Program-made: the position numbers and the translations under genes | Assembly (NCBI GenBank): GCA_019058315.1 | Contig: JAHPZH010000001.1 | Coordinates: 789,169-853,168 of the forward strand | Length of the DNA stretch: 64,000 nucleotides | From: Candidatus Helarchaeota archaeon | Lineage (GTDB): Archaea; Asgardarchaeota; Lokiarchaeia; Helarchaeales; RDOG01 | Reading direction: 5' to 3' | Notes under the pieces: model-generated | Told to the model about the DNA's origin: nothing | The model's database searches: none | What the model saw: the letters and a program-made list of their open reading frames with translations, nothing else | Part shown: positions 60,117-64,000 of the stretch, one piece after another | Layout of the letters: each line of letters opens with the position of its first letter | Position numbering within the stretch: the stretch's first letter is position 1

Positions 60117-61415
60117 TTACTCCAAATGAATGTAATCGGATTGAAGGCGCAGAATTTCATCTAACATCTTCTCAGCTTGAGTTGCACTGTCTACTACGGG
60201 GTCTACTAGGAGTGCTTGTAATGCTATATCTTTAGATTTAGTGAGAATTGCTTCGACTACAAGATCTTGCACTGAGGCTTGATTCCGAAGAAGTCCAGCA
60301 AGACCCTTTGGATATTCCCCGAGTTTAACAGCTTGGAGTCCATTTTTATTTATAATTGCTGGACATTCAACTACAAGATCTTTTGGAAGGTTTGTGATAA
60401 TATCATTATTAGGTAAATTAACCGAAAGTTCTTCATGATTTGAATTCGTCAGAATCCCTTCAATGATTGGAACTGCACGTTCTGGATCCGGTCTTACTAA
60501 TCGTGATCCTTTTCCTCTTTTTATTAAACTTCTAATTCTCTTACCTGAACTATTAGTTATTGCCTTATACAGATCATAAAAACCTCGTACTCCTTCGATA
60601 TCTGCTATTTCCCACGCCCATTGTATATATTCTCCATAATGAGAGTCTGTGGTATAAGGCATATATCCAAATTTGTCAAGGATATATCTACTAAGATGGA
60701 CATCAAGATTTTCTATTTTTTTTAGATATTCAGGAGCTTTCTTGCGGACATCAGGATAGGCATCTTTTCCAGAATCACGATATTTTAATTCTAATACTAC
60801 TCCGAAATGATTTAGTCCACCAGCTTTAATATAGAGGTTGGATAACGGAGTCTTAAGCATTCTAGGTAGGTGAATTTGAACAGATACAATTTCATGACAG
60901 AGGCCAACGAATTTAAGAGCTGGAAATTTTCTTTTAATCGATAAGCAAATACGACTCATCGGGTTAGAATAATTAATAAATAATGCATTTGGGCAAAATT
61001 TTTGGACATCTGAACATATTTCTAAAATAGGTGGAATGATTCTCAAGGAATGAAAGAATCCTCCAGGACCACCATTTTCACCAAAAATTTGTCTATTACC
61101 AATCTTCCTTGGGATATTATAATCCATTTCCCAAAGTTCGAATCGTGGAGTTACTTCTATAGAATTAATGATAAAAGTAGCGTTTTTCAAAGCATCTGAT
61201 CGATTAGTTGTTGATTCTAAAGTAAAATCTAATTTTTTTTCATCAATAGCAGCTTGGCATGCTTGATGAGCCAAGCCTAAAGATTCGGAATCTATATCAT
61301 GAAGACAGATAGTGGATCCTTTTAATACTTTGCTGGCTAGAATACTGCCTGCGGTCCCTAATCCAAATTGTAATGAGCCAGCTCCTATTAAAACAATTTT
61401 TTCTTTGTTCGACAT
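60117..61415 (-). CDS. Glycoside hydrolase family 4, copy 1
   Basis: Same GH4 motifs; 432 aa. Confidence 0.92.
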   Translation of the reverse strand: MSNKEKIVLIGAGSLQFGLGTAGSILASKVLKGSTICLHDIDSESLGLAHQACQAAIDEKKLDFTLESTTNRSDALKNATFIINSIEVTPRFELWEMDYNIPRKIGNRQIFGENGGPGGFFHSLRIIPPILEICSDVQKFCPNALFINYSNPMSRICLSIKRKFPALKFVGLCHEIVSVQIHLPRMLKTPLSNLYIKAGGLNHFGVVLELKYRDSGKDAYPDVRKKAPEYLKKIENLDVHLSRYILDKFGYMPYTTDSHYGEYIQWAWEIADIEGVRGFYDLYKAITNSSGKRIRSLIKRGKGSRLVRPDPERAVPIIEGILTNSNHEELSVNLPNNDIITNLPKDLVVECPAIINKNGLQAVKLGEYPKGLAGLLRNQASVQDLVVEAILTKSKDIALQALLVDPVVDSATQAEKMLDEILRLQSDYIHLE

Positions 61416-61452
61416 AATTTAAAATTTTATGATAATATATTAAATTCTTTCT

Positions 61453-63822
61453 CTATTTTTTGATATCATTTAAATTCTTTAGTTCTTCTGCTACATATAA
61501 ATACAGATTTCTCAAAATATCCTCAATTTCTTCTGATTCAAATCCGAGAATTTCTAAGAATGCTTTATCAATGATGGTCCTCCCTCTAAAGGGTTTCTCA
61601 AACTGTTTTGCTACTGATGGGAATTCCAAATCTTTGATATCATCAAAAATTTCAAGCAAATGATTAAAATCTTTATTATTTAATTTAGGAACGAAATATC
61701 TCATTAAATCTTCCTTTACTAGTTCTCCCCATGTTCCTCCAGTTTCTCTTCGAGTTAATAGAAGTTGTATAATTGAAAATGAGCTATTTAACCAAAGTGT
61801 TAGAATCTTTGCAGTTTTTACGTCTGTATTTATACAATAAAAATTCTTAGATGCGACAAGCTTATCCTCACTAAAAAAGGCAATTAATTTGGTTCCTTCT
61901 GAAAATCCAAATCGTCTAATGATTAATAAGTGTGCTGAACGTTCTAAACCTTTATCACTAATATATGAAAAATCAACTTTAGGAACTTTCAACTCTTTTC
62001 TAATTATTTGAAAATCTTCAAATTCATGAAAAATTATGTAATCAGGTTTTTCTATTGATAATTTATTACAATATGTGTGTGTTTTCAATCCTTTTTTTAG
62101 GAATTTCTTTGAAATCTTAAAATGTCTATTGGAATTTTTTAATCGAACATCAATTTTATCAAGATGCTCTTTTTCAATTATTAATGTTGAACGGGATATC
62201 CGTTGGTCACTTAAAGCTCCCACTAGAAATATTGTTTTAAAAAGCCCAGGAGGATTTGGCTCTAATCCCCGTAAAATATTTTTTATTGAGGTTAAATCTT
62301 GAAATTTAATAAGTTTATTTAAACTTCTACCTTTTTCCAATAGTCTTTTATAAAAATTATACAAATTACTTTGAATTTCAGGACTGCTGAATCCGACAAT
62401 ATGCCATAAATTATAAATTCCTTCTAATATTTCGGAATGTTTTATCCATTTAATCTTAAAATATTCATTTTCATAATCCTCTCCTTCAGAAATATTTCTT
62501 ATTCGTGCTCCAATTCTATTAATCTGTTCTAATTTTAACTCATCAATTGATTCAGTCAAATAAATTAATCCAAAAAGTGACGATTTTTTTGTTGGATTTT
62601 TTTCTAAAATTAATAAGAAATCTCTTTGAATTGCTGATTCAGTAAAAGCTACATTTTTAGTTAATTTGATAATATAACGAAATCTATAATTTTTATCTTC
62701 AAATAAAAAACGTCTCAAGTCTAGGGTATCACTTCCTCTGAAAAAACCCGATGGTATAACTGCTGCTATTTTTCCATTATTCTCCAGAATTGCATCTGCC
62801 AACAGAATGAAATAGCCCCAATAGCTCATTGATCGAAAATTCGACCACTTTGAAGGAAGTTTATTCTTCATACTTTTAGTTAAAAGCTCTTTTCTTGTAA
62901 ACGGTGGATTCATTAATACAATATCTATGTTTTTAAGATTAAAGTTATCTCGGACTTGGCTTGGAAGGGGAGAAATTTTGGTATCCTTGTTTAAATTAAG
63001 GGCATTAATAATTCCAATATTAATTTTTTTATTTGATGAGTTTAAATTTTGTAATTTAAGATTTATAGCCGCTAAATAAGCAGCAAAAGGCATGATATCG
63101 AGACCAAATAGATCTTCTAGAATAGAATTATGAATTTTATTCAGGTTATTTAATTTAGAATCAGCAATTTTATTTTGGTATAGTGCTAATTTTCTTTTAT
63201 ACGCAGCAATTAATAGAGTTCCAGACCCACAAGCTAAATCTACGATTTTTTCACCAGAAGAATCGATTGCTAATTGAGCTAATAGTTCTGCAGCAGCGGG
63301 TCTTGTATAGAAAGCCGCAGATTTCTTTCTAGATACACTTGGTAATGACTCTTGAAAGAGTCTGCCAACAAGATCTTGCTGAATTAATTGCGGATTTAAG
63401 GTTTTAAGCTGCTTAATAATATCATTAACATGTTCTAAAAGAGAAGAATTGTTTGTAAAAATCGAGATTAAATCAAATGAATAAATGAATTTTAAAAATT
63501 TATCTTGAACATTTTCAAAATTGTGTTTTAAATCTTCAAGGCTTCTAAGTGGCTCATCTAATGGTGAAACTTCTCCCGAAAGTATGCTATATTGATGATA
63601 AAGAAGAATTTGGTTCACTAATAAATAGCTTGCTAACTCAGTTACTATCTGATTGTTAAATGTGCTATTTTGTTTTTCATTAGGAATTGAAAATAAACTC
63701 AAATTTCTTGAAATTATCTTATTTAATTTAAGTGACATATCTTTTGTAAGATTTTTTAAAATATCCGATATAATTTGAATTTTTTTCTTTAAATTATCAA
63801 TAAATGATTTAAAATTTTGCAT
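61453..63822 (-). CDS. N6-adenine DNA methyltransferase with C-terminal specificity region
   Basis: AAFYT, DLACGSG, LMNPPF and LWLNSSF motifs. Confidence 0.88.
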   Translation of the reverse strand: MQNFKSFIDNLKKKIQIISDILKNLTKDMSLKLNKIISRNLSLFSIPNEKQNSTFNNQIVTELASYLLVNQILLYHQYSILSGEVSPLDEPLRSLEDLKHNFENVQDKFLKFIYSFDLISIFTNNSSLLEHVNDIIKQLKTLNPQLIQQDLVGRLFQESLPSVSRKKSAAFYTRPAAAELLAQLAIDSSGEKIVDLACGSGTLLIAAYKRKLALYQNKIADSKLNNLNKIHNSILEDLFGLDIMPFAAYLAAINLKLQNLNSSNKKINIGIINALNLNKDTKISPLPSQVRDNFNLKNIDIVLMNPPFTRKELLTKSMKNKLPSKWSNFRSMSYWGYFILLADAILENNGKIAAVIPSGFFRGSDTLDLRRFLFEDKNYRFRYIIKLTKNVAFTESAIQRDFLLILEKNPTKKSSLFGLIYLTESIDELKLEQINRIGARIRNISEGEDYENEYFKIKWIKHSEILEGIYNLWHIVGFSSPEIQSNLYNFYKRLLEKGRSLNKLIKFQDLTSIKNILRGLEPNPPGLFKTIFLVGALSDQRISRSTLIIEKEHLDKIDVRLKNSNRHFKISKKFLKKGLKTHTYCNKLSIEKPDYIIFHEFEDFQIIRKELKVPKVDFSYISDKGLERSAHLLIIRRFGFSEGTKLIAFFSEDKLVASKNFYCINTDVKTAKILTLWLNSSFSIIQLLLTRRETGGTWGELVKEDLMRYFVPKLNNKDFNHLLEIFDDIKDLEFPSVAKQFEKPFRGRTIIDKAFLEILGFESEEIEDILRNLYLYVAEELKNLNDIKK

Positions 63823-63825
63823 TTT

Positions 63826-63999
63826 CTATTCGATTTTAATTAATTCTTTTTCAGTTAATATAAAATTTATCTTTTCATCATGAGATTCTTTTAAATGACT
63901 AAAATCTTCAAAAACTTGACTAGAATGGACCAAAGTTCCTGCTAAAAAGTTTTTTCCTTCGAATTTCTTTTTTAAATACTTAATTTCTCTGTCACCATA
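63826..63999 (-). CDS. C-terminus of a 5-formyltetrahydrofolate cyclo-ligase-like protein (5'-partial)
   Basis: Translates to YGDREI...TLVHSSQV...ESHDEKINFILTEKELI*, matching the YxDR/HD..V..I.T tail of the family. Confidence 0.6.
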   Translation of the reverse strand, partial: YGDREIKYLKKKFEGKNFLAGTLVHSSQVFEDFSHLKESHDEKINFILTEKELIKIE

Positions 64000-64000
64000 A

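Noticed and set aside
57361-61415. GH4 copies as a pure assembly duplication
   Set aside because: The copies differ at many synonymous and non-synonymous positions and have different spacers.
428-62302. Many 60-105 aa ORFs antisense to or nested in long genes
   Set aside because: Shadow frames with no recognisable motifs.
1-64000. tRNA, rRNA, IS or integrase genes
   Set aside because: No GC-rich structured RNA segment or transposase/integrase motif was recognised by eye; a covariance-model scan was not possible.

Overview
AT-rich archaeal chromosome segment, most consistent with an Asgard archaeon (Lokiarchaeia/Helarchaeales-like; inferred from a 7TM-longin protein, giant N-sequon-rich single-pass surface proteins, a free-standing LAGLIDADG protein and GGTGA-type ribosome sites). 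1-43.8 kb mixes housekeeping genes (korA, ferredoxin, serS, CCG Fe-S protein, HDAC, C69 peptidase, flavodoxin, methyltransferases) with membrane-anchored surface proteins of 1388, 3583 and 2585 aa, two smaller propeller proteins and a truncated paralog of the 3583-aa protein. 44.2-55.9 kb is a likely defence island. Its centrepiece is a tightly coupled four-gene operon: kleisin-like, KITE-like, SMC ATPase with SMC5/6/JetC-type motifs, and a fourth gene ending in a Swt1-type HEPN domain (RNKVAH). This resembles Wadjet with the Toprim nuclease replaced by a predicted RNase. Next come an LRR-nitrilase fusion and a PD-(D/E)XK nuclease plus m6A methyltransferase pair. The window ends with an ADP-forming acyl-CoA synthetase alpha subunit, three tandem GH4 paralogs, a second DNA methyltransferase and a partial 5-formyl-THF cyclo-ligase-like gene. 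No rRNA, tRNA or CRISPR array was recognised. All family calls come from motif reading, not database searches.
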